Positions 13,034-27,651 of a stretch of DNA of 64,000 nucleotides are shown here, piece by piece (position 1 is the stretch's first letter; each line of letters starts with the position of its first letter). This stretch comes from Strigamia acuminata (Eukaryota): positions 16,058,001 through 16,122,000 of the forward strand of contig OX442314.1 of assembly GCA_949358305.1 (NCBI GenBank), read 5' to 3'. The translations under genes and the position numbers were made by a program. A model generated the notes under the pieces. It ran no database searches and was not told the origin of the DNA. It was given only the letters and a program-made list of their open reading frames with translations.

Positions 13034-13162
13034 TAGGCCCATTCATAAAATCATTTAAACTTGTTTATCTTTTATAAACCAGTCTAAATGTAAAATTTTA
13101 GATGTTAAACTTTACATTTAGATTGGTTTAAAAAAAATAAAACCAGTTGATGAATGCACCTA
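13034..13162. mobile_element. Degenerate copy of the 6483-6658 MITE family
   Basis: TAGGCCCATTCATAAAATCA ... ATGAATGCACCTA, with an internal palindrome TAAACCAGTCTAAATGTAAA / TTTACATTTAGATTGGTTTA. Confidence 0.65.
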
Positions 13163-13398
13163 ACTGTTCAATGCAAAAAATGCATTATCTGTATGCAAAA
13201 AGTGTATCTTACAGTACGGTACTGCTTTACCCACAGCAAATGATAAAAAATTTCCATATTTAGTAGGTTTGTATCGTATCATGAAAAATTTACACTTAAT
13301 TTTTAATTTACAAATATCAGATCGATACATATCACTTTAAGATGAAAAAAATAGCATCTATTTTCAGCAAGCTAGACCAGTTGGCGCCTGAGAAGTTA

Positions 13399-13465
13399 CG
13401 TCAAGGGAATCAAACCGCAAATCTCCTGATTGCCGGTCAGGTACATTGACCACTGCGCTATCGGA
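13399..13465 (-). mobile_element. tRNA-derived SINE head or tRNA pseudogene
   Basis: Minus strand has A-box TAGCGCAGTGG, B-box GGTTTGATTCCC and an anticodon-like stem CCTGA/TCAGG with loop CCGGCAA. No U33 and a poor acceptor stem, so it is not called a functional tRNA. Confidence 0.6.
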
Positions 13466-15944
13466 AAATCCACTAACCGGCAAAGAGCTCCTTACGATCA
13501 CAAAGAATGCTTCAACACACAAAAACTCTAGCTAAAATAAATGACGCAACATATTACGCTACTTCACGAATACACATAAAGCTTGTTTTTAATGGTGTGA
13601 TTTGTTATTTACAGGAATTGCGTGTGTACGCATTTATCGTGACATCAAGAATTACTCATTAAAATCAATTTTCTTTCGACCCGCCCTTTCACTCTATTGA
13701 TTAACAAATATGAATTGTAAATAAAGCCGGAAGTTCGTGTTTAATGCCTATAAAAACCGATTTCACCCCATGCACAATTACAATTATCACTATTTAATAA
13801 ACACGCGATTAAATTAACTAAAATACTTTTCTTCATATTAAATTAATGCTTTATTTGGATATTGCTCTAAATCCTCTTTTATTTCTTTCTTCTAATTTCA
13901 TTTCGTTTATGGCGCAAATGAATAAAACTGTCGACACTTACACTTGCCCACAAGGATGTCGTAACCTTAAATTATCAAACACATTAACCTTCGACCTTAA
14001 TGTTTTTGTGGAAAGTCCAACAACCTCTCGCAAACAACTGCTGAAATCATGCCAAGTTGGAAACATTCCTATCCCCCCCACCCCGCCCGAAACTATAGTT
14101 TGAGCCTGGAACCTCCACTTTTAACAAGAATCTCACAAATGTGTTTTCCACAATTCAACCATTTCGGCGAGTAGTATGTTACAAACGACAAAGTAATATT
14201 TGACAAATGTAATTGTGGCTCGGTCGCCAGCATCCCCGAGTCATCCACCCTTTACCCACACCGGACAGGGTTCGGGGGATAGGGACACTAATCCCAAGAA
14301 CAGAAATGTAAATTCTTTGTTTTTAAATAAATTTAGTCTAACACAAATTTGCAACCGCAATGTTTGACTCACAGTAGTGTATATTAAAGAGTTTCATTGA
14401 ATGTACTGTTTTGTAATTGGTGATTTTCTGCTAATCACAAAATCAATAATTTTTGATGCCATTAAATGCAATTGCACAATTTTGCGTTTGATTGAACTAT
14501 TCTCAGATCCTGAAAAACTGTAAAATGCAATACAGAAAATTATGTTTACAATTCACACACAAAACAAAAAATTTAAAAATTAGTTACAAATAAATAGGTG
14601 CATTCAATTTCAAACCGATTACATAAACTTGATTACTGAATCGGTTTTTGACTTTGAATGACTTTGATTCTAGTAAATCTAGAGCATACACAGTTATGAC
14701 TTAAGTGATCTGAAATCAAGTTCTCTCGATTCCAAAACTATAGTTTTGAACCCAAAATGGTATCTAGAAGAGATATCATAGATTTAATATATTTGATATA
14801 AATCCACAAATAATTTCTTATCAGGAAATGAATTTATTAATACACGATACTCATTTCTTGATAAGAAATTATTCAGATAAATATACCTCTGCTAAAGTTC
14901 TCACCCCCAATCTATTGGATTTCAATATACATTGGGACAAAATATTATACTGGTCCATAATACATGGAGACAAAAAATACGGAGCTACTAATTGTACGGC
15001 CGCGTCCATTTTGACAGGTCTCAAATTCACATAAACTGCCTGTAGCTTGCCTTTACGATTTTGCAATTTTCTTCTCCTGCGTTTATGTAATTATCCACAT
15101 TATTTGTAAAACTACCTAATCTCACATGCAAAATTGTTAAAATAGCAAAATTTCAAAATTGTGCCCCATTAATGGAGGTCTATAATTGTTTCACAAAGTA
15201 AGAAGAGAAATTTGAAGAGTGGCAAATAAAATTGACGTATGTAGTTTTTTTTCCTCAAAATAAATAAATAACGAAATAAATAAATAAATAAATAAATAAA
15301 TAAATGAATATTTTTTTGCACATTACATCACATCCATGAAGCCAGATCATTTCCCAAAGCAATAAAGCATGTTAGGTGCTCACGGTGTGCACACATATGT
15401 CATCAGATGGTGCCGTCGCTTGCACATGAGCCCCTGGGGTTGTAGATCAAGGCCATTTGCCTGGCCAAGAGGCCTGTACATGATTGCTCAAACTAAAATC
15501 ATGCTGCAAAAGAATAATGATCCTGGTACGAGCCTAGCAAGTCCGAATATTTCACTAATGCATTCGTAATAAATAAGCAGCGATGTCTGACATACTTCCT
15601 TTCATAAAACAATACAAGATTACTCTTCTCAGACGTGCAGAGGCAGTTTATACGAGTCAAAAGTACTACAACTCTTGATTCAGTGCATAACAAAACAATA
15701 CGCAAATGACAAAAAAAAGTAATTCGTTGTAACGAGTTATAGCCCTAACGAGTAAACCATGTTCTCTAGAATAAATGTATGGCATGACTCACGAGTCAAG
15801 TGCTAACACACCAGATGCACTGCCGCATTTCGCTAGCAATAGGATCATTCGTATACAAAAAGACCACTTTGTTATAACAAAGGAAAATTGGGATTCAAAG
15901 TACGTGAATAGCGAATAGTAAACGGATTCGGGATGTAAACTGTA

Positions 15945-16005
15945 ATAAAAACATCAAAATAACGTAATAAAACATCAAAATTACGCAATAAAACATGAAA
16001 ATAAC
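15945..16005. repeat. Three tandem copies of a 21-bp unit
   Basis: AATAAAACATCAAAATAACGT repeated with small changes. Confidence 0.8.
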
Positions 16006-19000
16006 ATGTGTAGTATTAATTATATGCTCAAACTGAATGTTAGTCATAATAGAATGAATTAAAACAGACCTTTAATTGATGGTTCCGAATTATTGAACTT
16101 CAAATTGATTGATCGCTTCGCTCCAGATCAACAATAAGCGAATAAATGCCACACGTTGACTCGCTTCAGCCTCCTGCAGCAATCGCCTTATCAACCATGG
16201 CCTAGAATCAAATATGTATGTATTCTTGATTTTTATCTTTGACAAAACAAATTTTAATTTAAGAGAAACCTTGAAAATATTCAATCGATTCACGAACAGG
16301 ATGTGGAATCTTGAAATTCAAAAAATTCAAATTAATTACGACCGTGAGCGTGTCCTGTCATATCTAGTTTGCTTTATAAAACTAGTTATTTTAAATAATA
16401 ATAGAAAATTCAAATAATAACGGGACAAAAACCCTTACTGACCTCTCCCCACTCTTGCCACCGTGTCAGGAAAAATGACACACAAGAGGACGCGACTATC
16501 GCCATCGAGTGTGTATTGTTTGTTTCACCAAACCAAAATGGTATCTATTATTTAAGATGCAACCCTGCCCAGTAAGCTATACGTGGCGAGACTATTAATT
16601 GCCCGATGGTATTTTTATCATGGTGATAATGATTTACTGTTTGCGTGCCTGTTTAACCGTGTTTAACGGTTTAGCTGTCATGTCAGCAGACAATGTCGCC
16701 GTGGGATTAATCCTGCTTCTAGTGACAACGAAAACGAGGTCCCTGTGGAATCTCTATGAGGAGGAATAGAATGGACACCTTGCGGTTGGTGAATGATGTC
16801 CATTTTAGAGGACAAATAATTTGCACAAGAACGAAAGCCATATTTGTCAGATAATTTGTTTTTTCTTTTCTTTTCTCGTTTCTGTCTTTTCTGTTTTTCA
16901 ATAAACTTCTGCAACTGCAATGAGACTTGGCGATTTCCGCACTCCAGTTTTTTTTTATAGCGTCGTTGCAATCACACCGCAGCACGGCACTCCTTACATG
17001 TCCAAACAATATAAATTTTATTTACTGGCATACGCAATTTGAAGATTTGTCTTGTCTTTCCTTCCCTTCTGTACACTTTAAGAAAAATTAACAAGTCTCT
17101 GAAGAATAACTGTTAAATTTTTCGAATTATCTTTTCATTGTACTGTATCTAACAAAAAACAAATTCTGGTTGAGCAGTTGTTTGTTGCTTGGCTACAGAC
17201 CGATCCTTCCAGCATGTATAACTAGCTTTTTGATTTTAAAGATGGAGTCCATGCCACCAGATCTGGTGAACTAGGTTAGTTTGAGTTAGGTTTGAGTTAA
17301 CACGATTCAAGTGCTCTTATATTCTGTTAATTTAAGACTTTTTTCTGTTTTTTTGTTTAGTTTACACAAGCCCCAATTGTGGTTTTCCGTAGCTTCCTAA
17401 AGGTGCTATGCTAACGACTGTCGTTTTTGTACGTTAAAGCATGGACCTACATGTACTGGACTGCGCGCAGTAAATGGCGCCGAGGCTGAAAGAGGAGGCG
17501 ACATCAGCAGTAAGTCACCTGTGGTTAAAATTTACTCCAGTTGTTTTTGTTTAGTGCGTGTATAAAAACAAATAAATTTGAATATGGAACACAGTCTATC
17601 CCCGGTACTACTATTTGGTAAGATTTAAGTCGTCACTGTCACACAGGATACGGTTGACTTGTTTTTTACCCAAACTTCATTAGTGTTCATTTAGACAAGG
17701 AAAAAACAAGCTAAATTTAACTTATTTTTCTGACACATTTAATTGTTTTCTGTTGCTAGTAACATTTGACGTAAAAACTTTCGTGCGATGCCGTACTTTT
17801 ATTTGTTTGTATCTTAGCAGTTATTTAATATTTACTTGCATAACGGAAGGCAAATATTATTCATACGTATCAACCGAAAATATAAATCGAAAATAAATAT
17901 TTAAGTAAGGTATGAAACTTATGAGTGCCGCCATTGCCACAACATTGAAATAAATTGAATGGATGTTTTATCAATCACACGTCCGATATAAATTGAGTTT
18001 TTGGAAAAGACTTCACTCAGACACCACTTGTAATGAAATTTGCAACTCCAGAGCCAAAGTGGTATCAAACTTTGTCCGCATCAAGACAAACAAAACAAAG
18101 CTCAATAGACGGCTTTAGTTTTCCACACTGAAAGGATCTAACGCTATTATATTTAAATCCTCTAATCCTTAAGCTGATGTGTAAGTTCAGCAAACGTGCT
18201 TTCTCAACTGCTTCAATAAACCTATATTTTTTCAACATTTTTTTTGTTTCATTCAAAAATGTCAAACTCGCAAATTAATTTTATCTTTTTTTGTATCGAT
18301 TTTTTTTGTCAGCAGAATATGAAATTATAATTATCGGTAATATAGAAAATTGATTATTTATAGTTTTATACGGTATGACAAAACAAGGACCTTGATGAAA
18401 CTTTCTGAAAACGCGAAAACTGACAGGTAATTAATTCTCTCTCTGTCTCTAATAATGTTCAACTATAAAAAACAATAGTGACTTGATTAATGATTTTGTT
18501 GGTAAAAACAAAAATAATTACAAAAAGGAAAGAGAAACGAAAGGGAGAAGTAAGATTAGGTTTATTTACTTATTGGGCCGTCTGTGCGTGATCTCTGAGC
18601 AGCTCGATTACATGGTTTTTCTATATGCTCGTATATTATCAGAGATATCAAACAAATTACTCGATAGCTGACATAGAGTAAGATCCTCGAGGTAGAAAAC
18701 CATAAGGATGTAATAGAACTTTCGACACATTTCCAAATACGTCGGAAACAATAAAAGAAAATTTTAACTTGAGGCGAAATGAAAGGTTTAAGATTTACAG
18801 TAACTCGAATCGATACAGCGAGGAGTTCAAGAGTAAATAGTATATCCTGAAAATATAAATTTAATTCCTTTCGACTAGACCATTCCCAACTGTTTTCAAA
18901 TTTAACGCGAGCGGACAGATAGAAATAAATAGAAGTCGAGTTCAGATTTCTACTGAAAATTGAATGAATTATCGGTGTTATCAAAATCATAAATCTTTGT

Positions 19001-19189
19001 TTCCTTCATATTTATGATCGTACATAACTGATAACACCTTGAGGTGAACGCTCTTTTTCTCATCTCATTTTTCATGTTCCACTGCAGAGTTGTCTTAAGG
19101 TTAAAGCAACACCGCTATTGTAGTCCTCACCCACAGCCGTGTTTGTATTATTTAAAAATATTAATTACACCGTCAATTCTACTACAGTT

Positions 19190-19291
19190 ATAAAGTCATG
19201 TTTAACTTGGGAGTTAAACATGTTTTTTGCCCACGGGATCAAGACAAGCATTTTAAAATGCTATTTAGTCTAAATTACTTTGTGAGTGCGC
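19190..19291. mobile_element. Truncated copy of the 6483-6658 MITE family
   Basis: ATAAAGTCATGTTTAACTTG and TTAAAATGCTATTTAGTCTAAATTACTTTGTGAGTGCGC align to the two ends of the 6483-6658 element. Confidence 0.65.
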
Positions 19292-22200
19292 ATTACTTTC
19301 AGTTTTGTTTAGCAATATTAATAATTTTTAAAGCAAGCTGACCAAATGATATTTTCCATGTCCATGTATTGAAGACGCTAAAAACAGATTGTGTAGTCTG
19401 TATAAGCTTATACTATGTAATAACAAAATAAACAACAACCGCGCAGCTGAACTTCATTACTCTGATCCGCTTAAGGCAATCAAATATCAGATAAAAATGA
19501 CAAATTATATTCTGTCCTCTAACACGTTCTCTGAATTAATCACATTTTTATGCCTTTTAAATTATTTGTTTCGCGCGCAGAAATGAGCAGCAATACTAAG
19601 GGGATACTATCAATTTGTATGAAACTTTACGAGCAAGAAGTTGAAGTTGTTTATCTTTATTTTACTTAATAAATATTGTGAGATAAAAATGTTGCGTTAA
19701 AAAATATTTTATTCGCCATAAAACGTATTAAAGTGGGAACTACGCTTTAAACAAAGTTCTGCAGATAAGGAAAAAATTTATTTCGGTTTGTGGAAATTAA
19801 ATAAAATTGTGTGCTTTTTTTGTAGTACCACTTTACGACTTTACTGAAATTTTGAGAAAGAAAAAAATTATACTGTTTAAAATTAAAGTTTATTTTTAAA
19901 GTGAGTGTAAAATAAATCAAATTATAGTCTTGCTGTGCTATTTCTTAAGTACATAGTCAGGGGGAGGAATGTTAATTAATATGGTTTTTGATGTAAATGA
20001 AGGGTGTCACAAATGACAATAAAAACGGAACCAAGTGCTAACAAATCTTAAGGTATGTCTTCTTGTACAAACACATTTCCGTCAGAAGAACGTCATGCCA
20101 GGAATTTATTTTGTTAGCTTAGTTTTTTCAGTTTTTAACAACTTTTTTTAAAAAAAAAAAAAAAGTAAACTTGTTTAAATTAATTAAAAAAGTTATGTAG
20201 ATTTTTTATACCACTCTTGATAGCGTTTCACACTTTTAACACTCGGATTAATTACTGCTTCGTTTAGTACATACTATTTCCGGAGTTTTAATTAGTATTT
20301 TCTTGCGCCTGGAATTAGGGGTTAAACCAACTCACAAGCAAATATGAAAGCTGAGTTTTAATCTTGTTTTTAATGTGAAATTATAGCACTACTAACGTAT
20401 ATTAATTCATAATTTTTTTTTATTGAAAAATACTTATTTTTCGTAAGAATTTTTATTTTTTTTATTTTACTTTTTTCAGTGTTGTAGTTAATGCTTTTAT
20501 AAAAAAAAGTTGTAAAAGTTAGAAGAAAATTTTGTTTACGAACTTCGAAAAACCGCAAAAGGCGTAAACATATTTTCTTTATTGGAAATCTTTTTTCCTT
20601 ACGCTCGCTAACTATAAAATTGTCATAAAGAGAGGTTTTTTTAGATCTCGTCTTTTTTTATATTTTATTTTTAAAGACTTCTTTTGATGTTAATCTCATC
20701 TTTACTCAAGAAATATGCGTTAACTCGGTGTTGGTGTGGACGAATTCTCTTTTATTGACTTTCATTTATGACAAGTTGTAGTTGCTCGACGAATATTTTC
20801 CTAACGATTCATTTAGTATGCAAAATGCAGTCACGCAGAATGAAGAGACAAATTAATCAGGTGTATAAAACTGACGCCATCTTAATCCTGTTGATTCATG
20901 CGAATGTCCTAAACCGTGTTTATCACATTTTCATTGCAGGGGAGCTTGTATACATGGGCTTTGCTGTAACGCACGGTTTGTGTTTTTATAATATTTTGGC
21001 AACAGGAAAAGATAAATTTGACAGTTCCAATCAAATATTTATATTAAATTAAATTTCGATAAAAAGCAAAAAAAGATGAAAAATGGTATTGGCCTACGGA
21101 GAACTATTTATATTTATAAACTTAATTTATTAAAGTGATACACGTTAATAAATTTTTAAAAAAAGTGTTGAAATTTATTTACGTAGAAACTTTATTGATT
21201 TTTTTATTTCTGTAATGAATTAACATAAAAAAACTAATGCAATAAACTGAATTTTAAAATCTGAATTAATAAAAAAAAAAGTATTGAATTTTAAAGAAGA
21301 AATTAAATTACCAGTATGCTTTAATTATACATAATTGCTTTTATATCGGACAGCCCCTGGCTTGTAAAATAAAATAAAGAATATTTTTTCATTTTTTGCA
21401 CCCAAAATAAAAATTATTCTAAATTAGATTTTTAAAACCCGCAGATTTTTAAAACCCGCAATTATTATTCTCGTTAAATTTAAATAGAAAAATTATATGT
21501 CCGTTTTAACTACGTAATTTCATCGGAACTTTCTTTAATTAGCTCAAGTAATTAGTTAAAATTAATTTCAAGTTGAAGCTTCTAAGCAGTAAAATTTTTA
21601 AAACATGTTAATCTTTCTTCTTTTTTTAAGTTACATACAATACTACAAGTGCAAATTAAGATAAATTTAATAGGAACAGATGCGACTCGGAGACCTACTT
21701 AGGATACTTGCACTTAAAGCTTTATTTTAATTTCTTGTACTTTATCTAAACAAACACACACTTCCATTGATGACACATTAAACCGGTAACTAATTCTCGC
21801 AATTTATCATTCATTGAAGGGTATTATCTGCATGACTTACATCTCCTTTGGGTGTAGTATTTTTAATTCATGATTATCAGGCTGAGCAATATGTTAACAC
21901 ACTTCAGACTTCACTTCATCTTGTGTTTACAACAAAACTCGTTTAGTTCCTCCTTTAAGCCTACTTTAACGGTAAATGGATTGTGATATTTCTTGAGCAA
22001 AGAGCGCGATAGAAATTATTGTTGTCACTCTTATCAAGTCGTAAAATAATTTATGAGAAGAGACTGAACCATTCACACAAGATAGCCTAAATTTCATTAA
22101 GTGCACTTTTCGCGGCTAAACAAAGGAAAGTTGACTTAAAAGTATCTGTAATAAAAGTGGAGTGCAAGACGAATACTATGTATACAATCTAAACACAGAA

Positions 22201-25200
22201 TGCGGTATTGGGGGGAAATAAATCTAAGTATTTTATGGACCGAGAATTCAATTTCACGCAATTCGTAACTGGTAACTTTGCAGTTACGTTTCCATTCTGA
22301 TTTGTCAGATGATGATTTAGGAAGTTGAAAAGTTGTTTTCATAAGCTTAATGAACTTTAATTGGAATTAAATAGATTAGGAACTAAAAAGGGAATGTACT
22401 TAAAAAGGTGTTATTTTAATCTTGAAAGCATTTTTGTGAGGAATCGGTTTTTTCTCACTGCAACTACACTTAAAAAATTTGATTTCGGCCAAGATCTCTT
22501 AGTGCTCCATTAGCGGTTTCTTTATTTCTGTATTTTTTTTTTTTTACAAAATAAATGTAATTTCTGGAGAATTTCGTGCGCTTTTTTCAGAGTAAAAAAG
22601 AAAAGTTGAGATTTGAATCTTGCCGATAAGGATTAAATTAACATTTTGTTCTTTTGACCTTAAACATATCTGTAGGCAGAATCGTGACGTAAGAATGTCA
22701 TTACATGTAGTGAGATGAATAAATAAGTGGGTTAACTTGCTCACAGTCGATACAATAAGTTAATACAGTGTTATAGATTTTGAAAATCGAATATTATTTT
22801 ATTTTAAAGATAAAAATGAAAAATTACATCAAATTAAGCGTTATTTTCATGTAAAACATGTGGCTTGGATTAATTAAGAATTATTTTTGACGTTTGGCAA
22901 CTTTGAACATGAGCATTGCAGTCAAACCACCATTAAAAACACCCCGAAATTTATTTGAAATATTGAAAACCAATACGTTTTAAATTCATCAAAGTTTGCA
23001 GTAACTACCTTTATTTCATTAAAACTTTTTTAAAAAAAATAAAATTTAAATTAATAAAGTTATTAAAACTTACAAAGAAACATCAATAAATCAAGGAACT
23101 CCATAAAACACAATAAGAAAAAAAAGAGCTAAAAGTGCAATTGCATGATGAACATTAAATTTTAATCTTACCTTTTTTGTTGAGCCGAAAATTGGGGATC
23201 TTATTTGGGCGTAGTCCAAGACGAGTTGTGGAAAAATTTCTGTGCCACTCACCGACCGCGCCGCAATCTTACTCTGGGTTGGGGGAAGTCCACTTGTCAA
23301 TGGAGGGTTGCAACGTGTAGACCAATTGAATTCAACACCATATTAATCATAATAATTACCCAAACAGTACATTTATTATGGTATTAAAATTTATTCGAAA
23401 CAAAAAAATAAAAGAAATCTCTCTTAGCAGATTTAAATACCTTTTATTCATTCATATTTTTGCTTGTGATGAAAATGGATGAGCTTTATCATTTGAATAT
23501 AAAACTGTCGCAACTGGAGTCAAAATCTTATCTCCAATCTTGCATACTGCTTTTTAGCCAGACGATAAACTTTGTTAGAAATTCGGTTCGATAATGATTC
23601 AATTCGTTTGCAAATAGATCTTCCCGGGTAGATCAATTACAAGCGATTTGTCTTTCGCTGTGTGCGCGGCTCAATTAAGTTTAATTTTACTACAGGTCGT
23701 GCCATAACTTGGTTAAACGATTCTAATCAAAGCAAACAAGAAATTCCCCAAAAACATTCACATGATCAAATATTTCTATTTTAAATTACCCGAACCATTT
23801 TAATCGTTGATTTATTATTATTATTAGGCTTATGGATAATGATAAAACCCATAAATTCCAATAACATAACTTATTTTTATATTCAGAAATTAATCGACGT
23901 GAAATTAACGTGCAAAACACGCCACAAACATGCTACATGTCATCATTTTTGTTTTTATGATTTAGAATGCAGTAAGGCTTATTTTAATAAATTGGCATAT
24001 AACAAAGACCATGACAACATTGAAATGTTTGCACCGATGAGTATGTCTTCTTCAACATAAGCTTACAGGTGAAAATTCTAATTCCATCTACCATCATAAT
24101 TTCTCTTTTTCTGACTATTTTTACTCTTAGATTCTGCAGGTAGAAATGATGTTTTTGTTGCATCACAGCATAGAGAATTTGGATTATAGAGAATTATGTA
24201 GTCGATTTGACCGATTACCTGCAGATTAATTGTGGTGAAACACTGAAAGCGGTGTTATTGTAGCAGGCTTAGCAACGGCTTTGCACGATTTGTCAGAAGT
24301 TGAATAATTAAGTTCTACAAACTCTATCGATTCAAGTTTGATTGCTTTGACGCCACTAACTTGACACTTTTGTCAATAGAGACGACCCACAGTTACGTCA
24401 ATGATGCGTCATTTGACTTTTTTGTTTACTTGTTGACTTGTTTTCATCAAGATTTTCTGCAATTTTGTTTCTGCGAATATATTTTCATTATCGACGAAGC
24501 AAATCGAGGATATTTTGTTTTTAACAAATATATTATATACAAATCGATTAATTTCAAATGTCATTTGAAGTTTTCTCAACATTTATCCCCATCATCTTGA
24601 AAGCGACACAAAAAAATGAAAGTTTGTGATTGTATTTTTTGTTTGTTACGAAAACAAGTTTTTGTGGTGGTGCCATTTATTTCCTTTATTTATTTCTTGA
24701 GGAAAGTTATGTTAGAATTACAAGGATTCGTTTGGTTGCTTCGTCTAGGTAAAGTTATGCTGCATGACTCTCGTTGACTGATTTATCCGAGGAAGTTTAT
24801 CCTTAATTTCGTTTTTCATTCTTTTAAGCTGCTTATTCAGTTGCTATAGAAAAATGTGTTGCCATAGAAACACTGAAAAGAGAAGGCCAATGTGGAATTA
24901 GTGGCAGATGTCAAAGCGGCACATCAAACTACAAAAAAAAAATAAAAAAAAATAAAACATGTTTTTCTTTCAGTAAACTTTAGTCTTCAAAACAATTGAT
25001 CGTTCGTTGAACTTTAATTGAGAACTCACTAATGTTCTTAAAATGATGCAAAAATCGAAGTTCTTTCTTTTGTTTTGCACGTCACAATATCTACAAAAGT
25101 AGTGCCATTTACATTCTTGTAGATAAGGTTAAGTATAGATCAATATTCAGCAAAGGAAACTAAGGCCTTTTTTTCCTTTTCAGTTTCAATGTAATGAGTT

Positions 25201-27416
25201 TCTAAATCTATTGCACGAATCAGTTGAAATGAATGCCTTTTTTCCATTGAATGTTAGCTTATGCAATGATCATTTCCATTGCAAGTTCCACTTTTATGGT
25301 ATGTTTTAAATGTTTGTGATTATATTTTGTTTCAGATTATTGCCGTGGGTTACTAGACTTACATACGGTTACTTCTTGAAGTGCATCGTCCATGGGCTTA
25401 TAAGAATTAATTAACAATTCTCCTGTGTGTTTAATTATTTTTGTAAGAAGCAGTGGAGATTAAACTAGCAGCATAAAGATCCTATTTGTGAAATTAAGAA
25501 CAGTTTTTGTTTGTATATTGCAATAAGTTGGAGATAAAAATCAAGAGAATTGTCTAAATCAATTTATTGCTCGCGTGTGTTTACTTTTAATGCCAAACAC
25601 GAAAACAATGAAACACAAAAAAGTGTTTACGGATGTTTAAACGTGATAAGAAAAATAAAATTACTCGCTTTTTGAAGTGTTGTGCACAGTATGAACACAA
25701 TAAAGTTGTAATTGCAAGTGAAAACTGCCGTTGAATAAACGTTAATAACTGTGACTGAGCAGCATATTCTAAATACGGAGTATGTGTCGACGAATTTACA
25801 CATAATATTAATTGTACTGTCTGTAATTAAAAGCAGAGTGAATGCATGCATTTCTTAATTACGTAATTATGCTGCCGCTTGATGACAGCCACAGTAATCG
25901 CGAATCTTGAATTCTGATGACTGGAATAAAAAAATGTTAGAAAAGATGAAAAAGCAAAGTTTTACCACAATCTCATTAGTCATATCTGTTGGCGTATTTT
26001 GCCATTTTTTTCAGTAACCAACTCTTTTTGCTCTAGATCTATAGATAATATCATCACGTCTTTAAAAGAAATGGAATTTTAAAATTTAAAAACAAAAACT
26101 TCCGAGCAAAATCAAACCGGTTCCAAAGAAACCCAAGAAATTTCATTTTCTTTTAATATTTTTTTTCATGCCGTAATAATAAAATAATAAAGTGTCTCCA
26201 TCGATTGACTTTAAAATAACTTTTTATTTAGTTTATAAATATAAAACGTTGTTTTTTTTGTATATGTTAACATTTTTTGGAAATTTCGTACTTCTCGGAA
26301 CTTTGGTCGATCATATATGGAGCGTTTTTATAGCTTTTGGCTCTTCTCTTTTACGTTTTATGACATAGAATATTTGTTCATTGGAATTTTGGACATGCTT
26401 CTTGCTGATCTGTATTGTAACATTTTTGCACGTCGCGTTGCACAAGTCGTTTAGGAACCGCCGAGGTCATCAACTTTGTGCACTTAGTCGACTGGTAATT
26501 ACCTTGTTGCTACAATTAAAAGTACGAGAGTTTCTTGAAACAATTACTTTGTTTTCACTTGGTGGGTTTACTCCACTCCTTAATGTACATCACCGCATTT
26601 TCAAATGACTTTCTATTGCAATATTTGCAATATTTGCAACGTCACAAAGAACTAAAAATTATCTAATTCATTTAAGTCACTTGAAACTTTTTGTGTTGAG
26701 TGTAACGTTGATAGTTGTTTGGTTACATTATTTCTGTAATTGGAATTTATTAGAGACAAAATGTTGGCATTTTGATCTTGTAAATTGGAAATAATGATTT
26801 TCATCCGATTGCAGAATCAGAATCCAAGTCAGTAGCCGTATGAAGGATGGAAAACCATTAATTTAGTAACTCCCAGGCCAAATATTAGGATTTATTTTTA
26901 ACATTTTACTGCTTGAGGGAGTTGAAATCTCCAAACATCAACATGATTACCAAATTCAAACCAAATCGCTTCACATAACTCAAAGATTTCAGAAACATCT
27001 GACTTATTACAGTAAAAACTCGTTTGTGCTAACCGTTATACTATTTTTCAGCATCGTTTTTTACATTAAATGTGTTGACGTGCGATTGCGGTGTTATTAC
27101 AATAGCAGTCAGAACTTCTCCACAAGTCACCACTCAGTTAAAGGAAATTGGATTAAAGTAGAAAAAAGAAGTTCTACAGTCTAGTAGCAGAGACGGCTCA
27201 GAGAGAGAAAAAAAAAACCTCCATTTCAAGAAAAGGAAGAGAAGAAAAGAAAAGAAATCGCAGCTTTTCAACACGTCGCATGACAACTAAAAGAGGTAAT
27301 CAATGCTAACCTTTAACTGGCACATCTCATCAAATTTAACCGCTTTGTAAAATTTTTCATTACGGTACGGAATAACATTGTTGCAACAATCTCTAGCTGC
27401 ATTATATTTAATATTT

Positions 27417-27651
27417 ATTTTTAGCCGACCGTGAAATTATTGATTACGTAGTTAAAACAAATTTAGTCATTCACTGAAAATTCCTTTCAAGTTTATTTTT
27501 GTATTTCATTTATTTGAATTTTAATGAGGCATTTTTAGCCGACCGTGAAATTATTGATTACGTACCGGTAGTTTAAAGCAAATTCAGTCATTCACTGAAA
27601 ATTCCTTTCAAGTTTATTTTTGTATTTTATTTATTTGGATTTTAATGAGGC
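27417..27651. repeat. Local tandem duplication of about 114 bp
   Basis: ATTTTTAGCCGACCGTGAAATTATTGATTACGTA...TTTTAATGAGGC at 27417-27530 and 27531-27651. Copy 2 carries an extra CCGGTA. Confidence 0.9.

Noticed and set aside
13399..13465. Functional tRNA-Ala(GGC)
   Set aside because: No U33, an altered T-loop and a poor acceptor stem. It looks like a SINE head or pseudogene.
18562..18990. 142-aa minus-strand ORF or a LINE reverse-transcriptase relic
   Set aside because: Only faint motif hints in different frames (e.g. YGFLPRGS). Not supportable without a search.
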